Numbered from the whole stretch's first letter, positions 48,140 through 61,400 are shown. The stretch is 63,147 nt of DNA, filler included, from Octopus bimaculoides (GCF_001194135.2; 4 parts of 4 records of this genome joined end to end with filler, not necessarily neighbours in it); one strand, 5' to 3'. Numbers and translations are program-made. The notes: generated by a model from the sequence alone, not told the origin.

Positions 48140-51100
48140 TATAGAGACAGAGGGAAAGGAATCTGAGGAAATCATCTTCAAAACACCCAAGGACAGATTA
48201 TAAATTAAAACGTCGTCAACCGTTTGTAAAACTAAGAAACTAAGGAAGTGTGGGGATTTTAAAAAAGATCTATTGATAAAAGGCTGTTGCAAATGCCTTT
48301 TTAAAAAATTAGCCAGTCGAGAAGCTCGCATCTCAAAAACCAAGGTGAGTAATCTCCTCATTTTCTTTCTCCGACTAGCACGGCTGTGCTGAGATGGGGT
48401 GTGGGAATATGCGTGGCCTGGGATCAACTTGGAAGCAAGGTCACTTGCTCAATGAGCTCAGATCTCTTGATTTCGACTTGGCTGCTATTAGTGAAACAAG
48501 GATCTCCGGAAAACATGCTCTAGCATCCATTTTCGAGGACTACGAGATATTCTCATCTTGTGGTCTATCGGAAGCGGGTGGTGGTGTAGCAGTGCTACCC
48601 CGGAAATCCTTAGATCTCCAAGTACAGGTAGTAGAGTGGTGGTCCTGGATGTAAACGGCAACGAAGGTGGCGCCTTTAGACCAGTGTCGGCTTATGCCCC
48701 AATAGGGGCTGGAAGGCTAGATTTCTTCAGGGGTCTATAAACATTCCTGGGGGCGTCTTGCACTTTAGTACTAGTGGGGGACTGGAATAGTATTCTGAAC
48801 ACACGGAAGGACTATGTGGGTTTAGTACATAGTAGAAAGGGGTGTAAAATCCTCGAAAACCTGCTCAGGTTCTGTGATGTGCCAGTGGGGACATAGAGCA
48901 ACTACAGTGGGTCATCCAGATTGTATTTAGATAGAGTATTTTTTAGGTCAATCGTATAGAGAGAGCATAGGTTGTCCACAAGTTCAATTGGTCGGCTACA
49001 TAGACCACAAATTTGTGATATGCTCAGTCGATTTAGATATGACCCATAGACAGGAACCCAATTACTGGAAGTTGAATGCTTCCTTACCAGCTCGCAAAGA
49101 CTACATGGACCGGATTAGTGAACTAGTTAAGCGGCAGTTGAAGTGGATTATTGTCAACAACCGGTGGTGGGTCGCTCTGAAGAGTGCAATTGGAATAGAA
49201 TCGATAGCGCCTAGTAAAGATTTAGCAATAAAAAGAAACAGATTAAAGGGAGAACTAGTTAGCAAACTCGAAGAGCCTATTAGTAAAGGCATCGCAACCA
49301 ACGTGTTAGCAGCGAGAATGGCTCTTGACCATTTCTTTGAGGCAAAACATGAAGGTTGCGTTGTCAGAGCTAAGGCCCGTGCGCTAAAACGCAAGTCGCA
49401 AATCGTCCGGTTTGGATGGTCTACACTGCGATGTCTATGTTTACGTGCCAGATTTGTTTGGCAGCCTCTTGGCAGATGTCTACAGTAACTGGCAGCAGAA
49501 CGGGAGAGTTTCTAGTGCTGTTAGCCGGGATGTAGTAACAGTGCTGAGAAAGGACATCGACAATACTAGGGAATTTTTGGGCCTTAACTTTGCTAAACAC
49601 AAAGTTTAAGACTTTTTCCAAGATATTAGCGAAAAGGTTGGCGCTTGTCATTGGTAGTCTGATCTGGGAGGCACAAACGTGCGCAATCCCGAGCAGGTCT
49701 ACCCACGACAACCTCCACCTTATGCGATACATCGTAGAGAGAGATGGGACTAAAGCTGACTTCGGTGAGGCCTTGATCAATTTAGATAAGTCAAAAGCTT
49801 TTGATAGGGTTGACCATCGCTATTTGGGAGCGGTTGGTTTTGGACCCATTTTCAGAAGCTGGATTGCTGCAATGCACTGCGGCACCAGCTCGATGGTCAA
49901 AGTGAATGACCACCTATCAGAACCGTTTAGTATCGCATGTTCAGTCCGTCAGGACTTCCCACTGTGGCTGCTTCTGTATGTGCTGGTTCTTGAGCCACTG
50001 CTGCGGAAGTTGGAACAATTAAGAGGCTTCTCATTCGCAATTGGACTTGGAAGGCAGTGTCTGCCTACGTGGATGACGTCACCATCATGGTGTCGGACGC
50101 CTCCGAAAGTGGAGACGGTCGGCTCCATTGTAAAAGAATATGAGTCGGTTGAAGGGGCTAAAATCAATGCCGACAAGTCGGTGGGATTGCGACTGGGCAC
50201 CTAGAGAGGCTGATCGATGCCATCGGACGGTGTCGTCGGACGCTGGACTGACGTACCAGTTAAACTGCTTGGGGTCTGGTGATGAACAAGGTGACTTCTC
50301 TTACCCAGAAATGGGCAGAGAGGAAGATGTCCCTGAAAGGTCGGGCAGAGATGACAAATGCCTACATTGCCTCTGTCATTATTTATCATCTGACCGCTAT
50401 GCCTTGACCCAGTTACTGCTTGAATAGATGAGAGCGTATCCTGTTTATTTTCTTCTGGAAGGGATGTGTTCTAATGGTCAGGCGTCGGTCTGCTGCCAAC
50501 TTCCTTTGCGTCGCGGCTTAGGCATGCCATGGATTTTAATGCGCAGACACGCACCCAGGTTGCGCCACCTGCAGCGATTTCTAGAAGGTGAACGTGTGTG
50601 GGATCCGTTTGTGAGACACGCCTTTCCGCAGCTGATTTCCTTGATGGAGCTGCAGTCCTGGGCAAAGGATAGGCCAAGACTGGACACCTGACACTTAGAA
50701 TGTCGTAGGTGCTCACTGACCTCTACAAGTCGGGCAATATTCAACTTTAGATATTTTCAGAGGATTAGTAGCGGTGAAGTACGATGACATCTTCGGGGAG
50801 ACCCTAGGCATTGACAAAGACGAACAGGCAAGTCTATTCCGGTTGGAGACTGTTATGGATAATTTCCAGATGTCTTTGGCCTGGCAGTGTTACCGGGGAG
50901 TGGGGAGTGCTACCAGTACGAGATAAACTCTACAGGCACGGATCTATTGTCAGACGGGCTCGTCCGAGGTACTCGCAGAGTGATGAAACTGTTCTGCATG
51001 CACTCGCTCAATGTTTGGGCATTGCTGACTTGTGGAGTTATGTTGAACAGCCGCTGTCGCATGTAGGACAGATCCATCTGTTGTCCGAGTTCATAATGAT

Positions 51101-51655
51101 GATTGCTCCCGCTGCCCTCCTTTAATCGGGCTGGCAAGGCAGTTTTCCTTTGTCTGGTGGCTGTGGCAAAAGAGGTTATCTGGTGGACGAGGCTGAAAGG
51201 AATGAGGACAGAAACTTTCCTCCTTGGCAAAGCTCTCATCAACTTTTTCAAGTTTCACTTGAAAAAAAAAGTGAGAGTAGAGGGAGGTGTTGTTCTTGAG
51301 TGAATTTATGAAAAGGTGGGTGAAAGTTGCAAAAATGACATGAGTGGATGGTGCCACTCTGAGTGTAGACCTGTGAGTCGGAAGAAAAAAGTTGGAGTGG
51401 ACTCTCGTCCTTGGTACTCAGGGTACTCTTCCTTGATTACTTCTAGAAGTTCTCCTAAATCAGGGGGATTCCTTCATGATCACTTCCCCCGCCTCCTCTT
51501 TTTCTAGTGTCATATACTATGTTTAGTTCCTTTCTGCTAATGAATACTGTGTATACTTTCTATTTTATCATTCCATTATATGTAAATCCCAACATTTTAT
51601 GTCTGTCTTTACGTATTGTCCACCTCACCCTTCGCCTTAGTAGCGCATAAAAGAC
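48140..51655 (+). mobile_element. L1-Tx1 LINE, decayed ORF2 (APE endonuclease + RT, about 48375-51376) with 3' UTR and (AAT)n tail
   Basis: NMRGLGS...DLAAISETRI, GDWN, IDHK, YWKLN (APE); KILAKRL, LINLDKSKAFDRVDH, VRQD.PL..LLYVLVLEPL, AYVDDV (RT); many stops and frameshifts. Confidence 0.95.
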
Positions 51656-51656
<1 letters not shown>

Positions 51657-51699
<43 letters not shown>

Positions 51700-51707
51700 T
51701 ATTATTA

Positions 51708-51750
<43 letters not shown>
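51657..51750. repeat. Inverted microsatellite (AAT)n then (ATT)n
   Basis: Direct reading; switch at about 51698. Confidence 0.9.
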
Positions 51751-51752
<2 letters not shown>

Positions 51753-51868
51753 AGGCGGCGAGCTGGCAGAATAGTTAGTACGCCGGGTAAACTGCCTAGC
51801 AGCATTTCGTCCGTCCATGCATTCTGAGTTCAAATTCCGCTGAGGTCGACTTTGCCTTTAATCCTTTC
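51751..51868 (+). mobile_element. Meta-SINE 5' part, truncated by the following element
   Basis: aaggcggcgagctggcagaatagttag head to ttttaatcctttcag. Confidence 0.85.
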
Positions 51869-51942
51869 AGGATTCTCATTCTTAAGGTATTTTTCAATGT
51901 TATTATTATTATTACCATCATCATCATCATCATCATTTTTCA

Positions 51943-52012
51943 GGTCACTGCCTGGAATCGAACTCGGAATCTTGAGGCTAGTAGCCCGCGCTCTTAATCG
52001 CTACACCATATG
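51943..52012 (-). ncRNA. tRNA-like (Pol III A/B-box) module, not a clean tRNA gene
   Basis: Reverse complement catatggtgtagcgattaagagcgcgggctactagcctcaagattccgagttcgattccaggcagtgacc; 5' acceptor strand missing. Confidence 0.7.
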
Positions 52013-52895
52013 GAGATATATAGAGAAACTCCATCAAAAACTTGCTCGTCTTTCAAACCATCTAACTTTCCTGTGTAAATGTAGAGACACAAAGCTAATA
52101 CCACCTGGCTTGAATATAATAGCAGCAGTGAATTCATATAAAGCTAGAAGAGTAGCGCAAAGAGAAGGACATGCCCTCATCCGTGAGAGGATGCATTACA
52201 ACCGTTGGAAAAAACATCAACTAAATAACGAAACCAAAGGGAGGTTATCTTCATTAATTGGGAGAATAACCAGGGATGATGATAGAAAGAGAATCCAACA
52301 AGATCTAGAAAAGTCGTACACGAAAGAATTTGAAATGGTGAAGACACGCCAGATTAAGAAGTTTATGAAATTCAAAGGTCAGAGAATGAAGACCAAAGTC
52401 CGTCACCCACCTGTGAAAGCAGTAATTAATGTAAGTAGCCGACATCTAGAAAGCTCTGGAGAAGCAGTACTAAACAAGGGTCTCAACTTTGTGACAACCA
52501 TCAAGCGCATTCTATACTTGGACATAATAGCCCCTATTGAAGAGATAGCTGTAAAGATACCAAAAACTCAGGGAGATGAACTAAGGTGGAAAGTGAGACA
52601 AGTACTAGAGAAAGCGAAACTTTCAAAACCAAACATTACTAAGGAAGAGAATATCTCTATCAAAAGACTACAGAGTGACAATTCCATCATAATACTTCCT
52701 GCAGACAAGAGAAATACAGTGGTGATGAACAAGTCTGACTACTCGTAAAAATTGGCAAGTCTCATAAGTGATGTTAGCTACAGCAAAGTAAAGAAAGACC
52801 CAACTCTGAAAACAGAGAGGAAGTTGTCACAGATCTTGATCAAGAACAAGGATCAGTTTACACCAACGAAGTACAGACAACTGACTCAACACTGC
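52012..52895 (+). mobile_element. Penelope-like element ORF, N-terminal pre-RT region, truncated
   Basis: NHLTFLCKCRDTKLIPPGL, VINVSSRHL, VLNKGLNF, IIILPADK..TVVMNKSDY, YSKVKKDPT; one stop at about 52746. Confidence 0.88.
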
Positions 52896-52896
52896 T

Positions 52897-53420
52897 CGCT
52901 AAAAGTCGATGGTTTTAACAACATTGCTTTATGGTGCTAAATATTGGACTGTACCGAAAGCACATCATTCAGCTTGACGGTTTTCATATGCAATGCTTGC
53001 GTACTATCTCCAATATAAAACTGAGTGACCTATTTTATAACCATGAGGTACTTACAAAATTCAACACATCAAGTATTGAAGTCATCTTCATCAAAATACA
53101 GCTTAGATGGTCAGGTCATCTCTCACATATGAGTGATATCAGAATTCCGAGGCAACTTCTCTTTGGCCAATTCCCAACAGGAAGATCAGTTGGAAAGCCA
53201 CTCTTGCGCTTCAAAGACAAACTAAAAGACAATCTGAAACGATGCAACATACCCTTTTCTTCCTGGGAAAACAAAGCATCAGAACGCAGGACCTGGTGCC
53301 AGTCCTGCTTCTCCTCAGTTCAAAAATTCTTAGCTGGGATATATCTTCAGAACTTGCTATGTAACATCTAAAAGACTTGACTTAAACTGCTCTTCAAAAC
53401 TATAAGGCCAGTGCACTGTC
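52897..53420 (+). mobile_element. RTE-BovB-like LINE 3' fragment
   Basis: TTLLYGA..W, FHMQCLRTI, QLRWSGHLSHMSDIRIPRQLLFG...GKPLLRFKDKLK. Confidence 0.9.
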
Positions 53421-53569
53421 TGTTTTTTCAGGTAAACTATATAACTCAAGTTCATGAAACTCACCTCAAGATAGGAAATGGAATAGAAAAAGGCAATGTA
53501 ATATTTAAATTTATTGAAATCCAAAAATAAATTAGATATTAATTCAAAACACATACAGAGCCAGAAAAC

Positions 53570-54770
53570 CCTTGTTCAAAACTATTATGCCAGATTGAAT
53601 ATGTTGCAAAAATGAAGCAAAACAGGAAAATTATGATATATTTCAATGATGTTTTCATACAATACACAAACAACAATGTATTTGACCTTCGCCTTTCTGA
53701 ATTACTTCAAAGACTCTCGATTTCATGCTCCCAATCAACTTCTGCAGCAGATTAAGTAGAAGCTCTTTCCAAGTCTTCTTTATTGCCGTTTCAAGTTTTC
53801 AACAGATGAATACTCTTTATCTTTGTTGTACACAACATTCGGGAGATATTCCCTGGCACTTTCTATAGGATTAATTGTTGGGACGTCTTGCTGGCAATGA
53901 CATGACTTCAAACCCAATTGGATGAAGGAAATCGAAAGTTGCCTTTGCTTTATGACTAGGGGCATTGTCCTGTTGAAGTATGAAGTTCTCGCCATGGAGC
54001 CTGCTTCCTTCTTCGTGAATGTGAGCCCGTCCAACATATCGATGAATCGTGCAGTATTTTAAGGGCCATCAATGATGACAAGCAGCAGTTTCCCATTGGT
54101 AGATATGGCTCCCCTCTCCATTAGACCTCCTCTACTGTTCTGCCACCTGGAATAAGTAGAATTTTGCATACATTTACCTGCCCAGTAATACTTATAACCG
54201 TCGAGGCCATTCAAATTCCATTTTTTCTCATCAGAGAACAGAACCCTGGTCCATTCACCATCCCACGTCTGATGCTGCCGAGCAAACTCCAATCTAACAG
54301 CTTTGTGGGAAGGAGACAATAACGGACGTCCTAGCCGCTTCTTCGGGTGGAAACTAGGGTTCAAAATCACTCTTCTAACAGTGAATGTCGAGGCTCTTGT
54401 CGATGCTTTAATTTTGGAAACAGAAGGGCAACGTGATTTTATCACAGCTCTGACAACGGCTCTTTCATCCCTTTCTGATGTAGCGTTGGGACCTCCATCA
54501 GCATAAACCCTGTTGTAGCCATCATGATCTTTCAGAAAATTGTCCACTGGCATTCTGCTTCACTGAATCTAACTGGCAATATTCCGGTTAGTCATTCCTC
54601 CCACTTACAGTGCAAGAATCGCCCCTTATTCAATTTCGGAAAACTTTGTAACTTTAGGCATACTGGAAATGTAATCTGAGATTAATGGAGAATAGGACTG
54701 AGTTGAATATTTTCCCAAACTTAGAACAAAGCATGTGGGTTTATACTTTTGAATAGTTCTTTAATTATGT
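53570..54770 (-). mobile_element. Tc1/Tc3-like transposon with decayed DDE transposase (about 53780-54600)
   Basis: WTRVLFSDEKKWNLNGLDGYKYYW, QQDNAPSH, INPIES motifs; degenerate TIR candidates ttcaaaactattatgcc / gggtttatacttttgaa. Confidence 0.88.
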
Positions 54771-55698
54771 TTATTCTGAACAGCTGTGAGTTAGAGTTTT
54801 GTCAGAAGAAAAGAATGTCATTTGTGTTAGAAGAAAATAATGCATGTTAACTTCCGAAACATTAAAACATGAATATTCTCATACTTCCATCAATAACTTG
54901 TTCGTTTCTTTTTCATTGTTTCAGTTATAATTCTTTTTTCAAAAGAAACGTCATTTTATAGTATTACTGGGCAGAAGAAAAAAAAAACGAAAATAAAAGC
55001 CGACAGTATAAAGAAAGGTGGGAAAATAGCGAGACTTTCTGAAAATTGTATGAAATATGTATATTTTACTCACGCTCTCTGTTGTTCATAGCGAATTAAA
55101 ACAAAAAGAAATGTTGTGGGTTATGTCATACAAAAGAAGTGAGTAATGTAGGTGATTTCAATTTAAACCAAAATTCTCATGCCTAAATTTATATATTGTA
55201 TTTTGGAATGGTAATTATGCCAATAACATTAACTTACACATTAGTTAACTTTTACTCCTTTATGTATATATATTTGTTGCTAAACAAAGTTTGTTAGGAT
55301 TGAACTGAGAAGTATGCTGATACAAAATTTTCAATTTCATCTCAATAGATTTTCTACAGAATTCAGAGCCAGCACGGCAAGTTACGATGTTTTGCAAACG
55401 AATTCATCTATGTAAACAAATACAATCGAAGATAGAAAAATAGTTTATGAATGTATATGCATATTGCAAGGGTTATTGCCCTTTCATCAGCACCTCAGCT
55501 AGCCCACTAACTATCCACGAACACATTGTTGAAATGACCACGAATTTTAATGGTGTAACATAATTGGATAGACCAATTTACATATTAACCACGTACTTGG
55601 CAACTGGTACGTAAATTTAATTGCTGGAAAGGCAACAATATATAATTTTGCAACTATAATATACTACTAAGTATAATAAAGCTTTATAAGTCTATATT

Positions 55699-55782
55699 GT
55701 GTTTTACCATGTTAGCAGTGTCTTACCATGTGTTAGCAGTGTCTTACCATGTGTTAGCAGTGTCTTACCATGTGTTAGCAGT
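55699..55782. repeat. 21-bp minisatellite, about 4 units (gtgtcttaccatgtgttagca)
   Basis: Direct reading; three exact units plus one degenerate. Confidence 0.9.
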
Positions 55783-56032
55783 ACAATATTTTTACTTTTA
55801 GGCTTATCTCTTAGCGCACCCGTTATGCATTTAATCAATAATTTTGCATGTCACATAATAAAGTTGAGGACAGAAAAACTGACCATAGATATACGAGGCC
55901 ATGCTCCTCTCAAATCCAAATAGGTGCAACCACAAAAGTAATACAAACAATAACAATACCGATAGTAGCGGGTCATCAACAGTTTGGGTTATAAATCAGG
56001 ATAATACGCACACACACACACACACACACATG

Positions 56033-57135
56033 CAATGATACCTCGCAATACGTGTTTAATTCGTTCCATGACCGAGCTCGTTTTACGATTTACTCGTTTT
56101 ACGATTTACTCGTTTTACAAATCAATTTTCCCATTGAAATTAATTAAAACATCATTAATCCGTCCCTGCCCCTCAAAACCACCCCAAAATAATTTTTTAT
56201 GGGCCTTAAAACGGAAAAGGTGCAGTTACAAGGAAAATGACAGTTATAAAAACATAATAAAAGAGAAAGCAAAAGATATACTCTTTTACTTGTTTCAGTC
56301 ATTTGACCGTGGCCATGCTGGAGCACCGCCTTTAGTCGAGCAAATCAACCCCAGGACTTATTGTTTGTAAGCCTAGTACTTATTCTATCGGTTTCTTTTG
56401 CCGAACCGATAGGTTACGGGGACGTAAACACACCAGCATTGGTTGTCAAGCGATGTTGGGGGACAAACACAGATACACAAACATATAAACACACATCCGT
56501 CTATTAAATCCACTCACAAAACTTTGGTCGGCCCGAAGCTATAGAAAAAGACACTTGCCCAAGGTGCCACGCAATGGGTCTGAACCCGGAACCATGTGGT
56601 TGGTAAGCAAGCTACTTACCACACAGCCACTCCTGCGTCTGTATATGTAAACTGGTTTTATCAATTAAATTACCTTAAAGATGGGGTGATTTGATCGCGA
56701 GGAAAACGATGGAGCTGGGTGGAGGAGGATTATTGTTTAGAAAAAGAATCTCCTTCCATTAAGACTTCAGGAAGAACAATTTCTGACGTTTTCTGTCTCA
56801 CTTCGCTTAATTTAAGCGTTTTGGACACACTTTCTTCCCTTTTTACACTTGCAGGTTGTTTCATTAGAAATATATCAATAGAAGTTTGCTTTTTCCTGCC
56901 TTTCAAAATGTTGCGTAAATGCATCAGAGCAGTGTCATTAAATTAAGCAGTTGCATGACCTGTAGATACTTTTTCAGGATGATGATTATCTACAAATTCA
57001 GAAACATACTGTCACTTTGCCAACATTGCCTTTATATTATTCCTTCTCCGCTACACTGTCCTCCTCCGGAGAACCAATCTCTTCCACCGCATCTGTCTTT
57101 TGTGGACAGCTGACATTTTCCATCATACCCAGCAA
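56033..57135 (-). mobile_element. Tigger/pogo-like transposon 3' remnant interrupted by a CORE-SINE
   Basis: Terminal caatgatacctcgcaatacgtgtttaattcgttcc; HLRNILKGRKKQTSIDIFL C-terminal motif; 16-bp subterminal repeats at about 56075-56117. Confidence 0.7.
56280..56640 (-). mobile_element. Full-length CORE-SINE
   Basis: Head-to-tail family match. Confidence 0.92.
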
Positions 57136-57154
57136 AATAAACTGTGAGTTTTCA

Positions 57155-57187
<33 letters not shown>

Positions 57188-57191
57188 TCTT

Positions 57192-57364
57192 TTACTCTTT
57201 TACTCTTTTACTTGTTTCAGTCATTTGACTGCGGCCATGCTGGAGCACCGCCTTTAGTCGAGAAAATCGACCCCAGGACTTATTCTTTGTAAGCCTAGTA
57301 CTATTTCTATCTGTCTCTTTTTGCAGAACCGCTAAGTTACAAGTTACGGGGACGTAAACACACC
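57192..57364 (-). mobile_element. CORE-SINE 3' half, cut by a gap
   Basis: Family tail (gtaaaaga)n next to (AAT)n. Confidence 0.85.
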
Positions 57365-58362
57365 NNNNNNNNNNNNNNNNNNNNNNNNNNNNNNNNNNNN
57401 NNNNNNNNNNNNNNNNNNNNNNNNNNNNNNNNNNNNNNNNNNNNNNNNNNNNNNNNNNNNNNNNNNNNNNNNNNNNNNNNNNNNNNNNNNNNNNNNNNNN
57501 NNNNNNNNNNNNNNNNNNNNNNNNNNNNNNNNNNNNNNNNNNNNNNNNNNNNNNNNNNNNNNNNNNNNNNNNNNNNNNNNNNNNNNNNNNNNNNNNNNNN
57601 NNNNNNNNNNNNNNNNNNNNNNNNNNNNNNNNNNNNNNNNNNNNNNNNNNNNNNNNNNNNNNNNNNNNNNNNNNNNNNNNNNNNNNNNNNNNNNNNNNNN
57701 NNNNNNNNNNNNNNNNNNNNNNNNNNNNNNNNNNNNNNNNNNNNNNNNNNNNNNNNNNNNNNNNNNNNNNNNNNNNNNNNNNNNNNNNNNNNNNNNNNNN
57801 NNNNNNNNNNNNNNNNNNNNNNNNNNNNNNNNNNNNNNNNNNNNNNNNNNNNNNNNNNNNNNNNNNNNNNNNNNNNNNNNNNNNNNNNNNNNNNNNNNNN
57901 NNNNNNNNNNNNNNNNNNNNNNNNNNNNNNNNNNNNNNNNNNNNNNNNNNNNNNNNNNNNNNNNNNNNNNNNNNNNNNNNNNNNNNNNNNNNNNNNNNNN
58001 NNNNNNNNNNNNNNNNNNNNNNNNNNNNNNNNNNNNNNNNNNNNNNNNNNNNNNNNNNNNNNNNNNNNNNNNNNNNNNNNNNNNNNNNNNNNNNNNNNNN
58101 NNNNNNNNNNNAAGACACACGAATTATCGAAATATTGTTCATTTGATAACAGCTGCACTTTTGTTTTTTGTTTTTTGTTTTTGTTTTTAAATTCTGGAGG
58201 AGCAACATCAATCCTATTAATATTACCAAAATGAAGCAGATTGACAAGTTTATTTTTGAACCAGTAGAAGATACACGGGATGTCGAAATATTATTCATTT
58301 GATAACAGTCGCATTCTTCTTTTTTGTTTCTTTTAATAATAATAATATTAATAATAATAATG

Positions 58363-58425
<63 letters not shown>

Positions 58426-58432
58426 GTAACAA

Positions 58433-61400
58433 ATCTTTCTTTATTGGCCACAAGGACCGAACACAGAATCATATAGGGACAAATGGGGTTTAAAACAGAA
58501 AAGTTGTAAACAATAAAAACAAAAAAAAAAACTGTCAACAACAACAAATAAGAAACGACAAAATTCCTCAATAGTGGTGAGTTCCACCCAGATTAACCAG
58601 GCACCCCACACATCCTGGTCAGCTCAACTACCAAAGGCACGCCGGTTAGGTACCCCGCTTTCACTCAACTGCTCCGGCTTACAGACGAATATTCAGAGTA
58701 GGTCCATTCACGCGAGCCAAAAGCTTTTGACTGATCCAAATTGATCAGAGCCCCACCCATGTCAGGTTCCTTCCCAACCCGCACTAAGATGTTGCGCGTG
58801 AGGTGGAAGTTGTCATGGATAGTTCTGTATGAGATAGCACTTGTCTGCGCGTTACCAACCAACTTATCGACGACGAGCGCCAACCTCTTGGCTAACACCT
58901 TGGCCAAAATCTTATAATCTGCATTCAGCAGAGTTATAGACCTGAAATGATCAATTTTGCTCCCCTTGTTCGGGTCTTTCCTCAACAGCACCACTACTTC
59001 ACGGCTCACACCACTGGGTAGTCTCCCGCTCTGCTGCCAGTTGTTGTAGACGTCTACCAAGAGACCACCGAACAAGTCTGACATATAAGAATGAAGTTCG
59101 AAGGGCAGACCATCATCGCGTCCCGTACATCTTCGGCTGTTATCGGCATTTCTCAGAACTCCGCATCCCTGGTTGAGAGTCGCGGCGTGTCACTGAGATG
59201 GAAGGTGAAATCCACCATCGTCCCAGGACCATCGTGCGGCCCATACAGTTCGGCGAAGTACCGTTGAAATTCCACACACATCTGCTTGGACTCGGTTATC
59301 ATGTGCCTATCACAGCTTGTCAAAGACTTAATTATTGCTTTGTTTCCACGAAGCACCTCTGAACGGAAGCCCCTTCCGTTCAGTGCACGTGCCCTAACTC
59401 TGACAACGCAACCTTCGTGCTTGGCATTGAAGAATTTATCAAGGGCCAATCTCGCCGCCAGCACGTCGGTCGCTATGCCTTTCTTAAGCGCCTCCTTTAG
59501 CTTCCTAACTAGGTCCCCCTCTATCTTAGATTCCTCTAAGGCTATTTCCTTACTAAAACTTACCACCTCTACGCTAATAGTCCATTTCAACGGCTGTTGA
59601 CAATTGCGCCCACCGACTCTCGATGGACTAACTTACCAACCCTGTTTATGAATGCCCTATCTATGGCTCCTATCAATGTCGACCGTACAGATCACAAGTT
59701 TATGGTCGGTGTAGCCGATGACTTTGAAATGTGGACAACTTATACTACTTCTATTTACAGGCCTACAAAATACTCTATCTAGATACGATCTGGAAGACAC
59801 GATGAGGTTTGTCCATGTCTACATTGGCGCATTCGGGAAATCCAGTAGGTACCTGTCAGCCAACTGGAAGCGACTGAGCAGATTTGTGAGGCTTTTATTC
59901 CTCCATCTCCTATCTGCTAGCCCCATGCTATCCAGGCGTACATCCAAAATGGCGTTCCAGTCACCCACTAACATTAAAGAGCGTGACGTCCCGAAGAAAA
60001 ACTCCAACCGTCTGAAGAAATCTGACTGCCCCGCTCCCGTGGGGGCGTAAACATTGACTTGTCTAAAAGCACCATCTTCAATGTCGCTCATGTTCAGGAC
60101 CACCAACTTACCCTCCGGGTCCAGGAAGATCGCCCGAATTTTGAGATCCAGGTCTTTCCTAAACAGCATTGCCGCCCCGCCTACTATTCCGGGACGACTA
60201 AGAGATGCGTAGATCTCATAATCATCGAAAATGGGTGCAAGGTCGCGTGTATCAGAAATCCTGGTCTCACTGGCTGCTATCACATCCAATTCTAGCAACC
60301 TGAAGTCATTGAGCAAGCAACTTTTCTTTCAGGATGACCTCAGGCCGCCGCGAACATTTATGCATCCCGCTCTGACAATCGCCATGACGGCTCGAAAGGG
60401 TTTAGGAAAAGAGTTGTTGGCAACCGGTGAGCCGGGCTCCGGGTCTTGTTCTTCTGGGGAATCGGCTAAAATCCACGTCATGCGGGAAGTCCCTCTGTCT
60501 TTTCTTTGAATGCTTTGAGGAGTAACCGGAACCCTAAGAGTGCTGGTGTCATGGATTGCACCCGCTCTCTCAATTTGCTTGTCTCTGGTTCGAAAGGGTT
60601 GAGGAAAAGAAAAAAAAAGCGGGGTCCCTTAGTTACTTACCCTCCTGAAGTTGTTGGCAGCCGGTGACCCAAATTCCAGATCTTGTTCTTCTGGGAAATC
60701 GGCTAAAATCCACTTGGTGGCGCGGACGTTTGGCCTTCTCACGTCATGCGGGAAGTCCCTGTTTTTTCTTTGACTACTTTGAGGGGGTAACCAGAACCCT
60801 AAGGGTGCTAGTATCATGGATTGTACCCTCTTTCTCAATTTGCTTGTTTCTGGCTATGAGAGCCAACAAATTTTTGTTGGCTCTCCTTACGAGCACATAA
60901 TTTGGTGTTTCCTCATTAGTGACTGTGAGCTTTCTTTTGGAGGTTACATGTAGTTGTGAGTGCATTGCTGGATTTGGTTGGGGTAGTGGTGGTTGGGAGA
61001 GGGTAGTTATGGTGTAGTTTTTGCTGTGTCTATGTTCGATGTATTGCAGGTTTTTGTGTTTTCGGGTGTTGTGTAGGTTCTTTTGTTTTCTGTTTCTTTG
61101 CCTATTTGTTTGTTTTTTTTTACTTTTTGGGATTCTTATTCGTCTTCACTACGGGGCAAGTTGTGGCTAGTGTCTGTATGGTCTAACTTGGATGTGTTTG
61201 TGATATGTGAACGTGGTTGTATGAGTGTATGCTTGAGAGAGGGGATGAAGGGGACTGGTTTGACAGATACCCTGGGTGGTTTTCCCCATTGTATGGGGTT
61301 CACATGCCTCTGTTGTTGGTCTCTGTTGTTGGGAGTGCGTTGTAGGCTACAGCGTCTCGATGCTGTCAAACTGCCACCCTCTCTGTATATGAACCATGTC

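Noticed and set aside
51943-52012. Functional tRNA gene
   Set aside because: 5' acceptor strand is missing and the anticodon arm is mispaired; kept only as a tRNA-derived module. The same applies to all SINE heads.
55699-55782. CRISPR-like array
   Set aside because: Contiguous 21-bp units with no spacers in a eukaryotic context; ordinary minisatellite.
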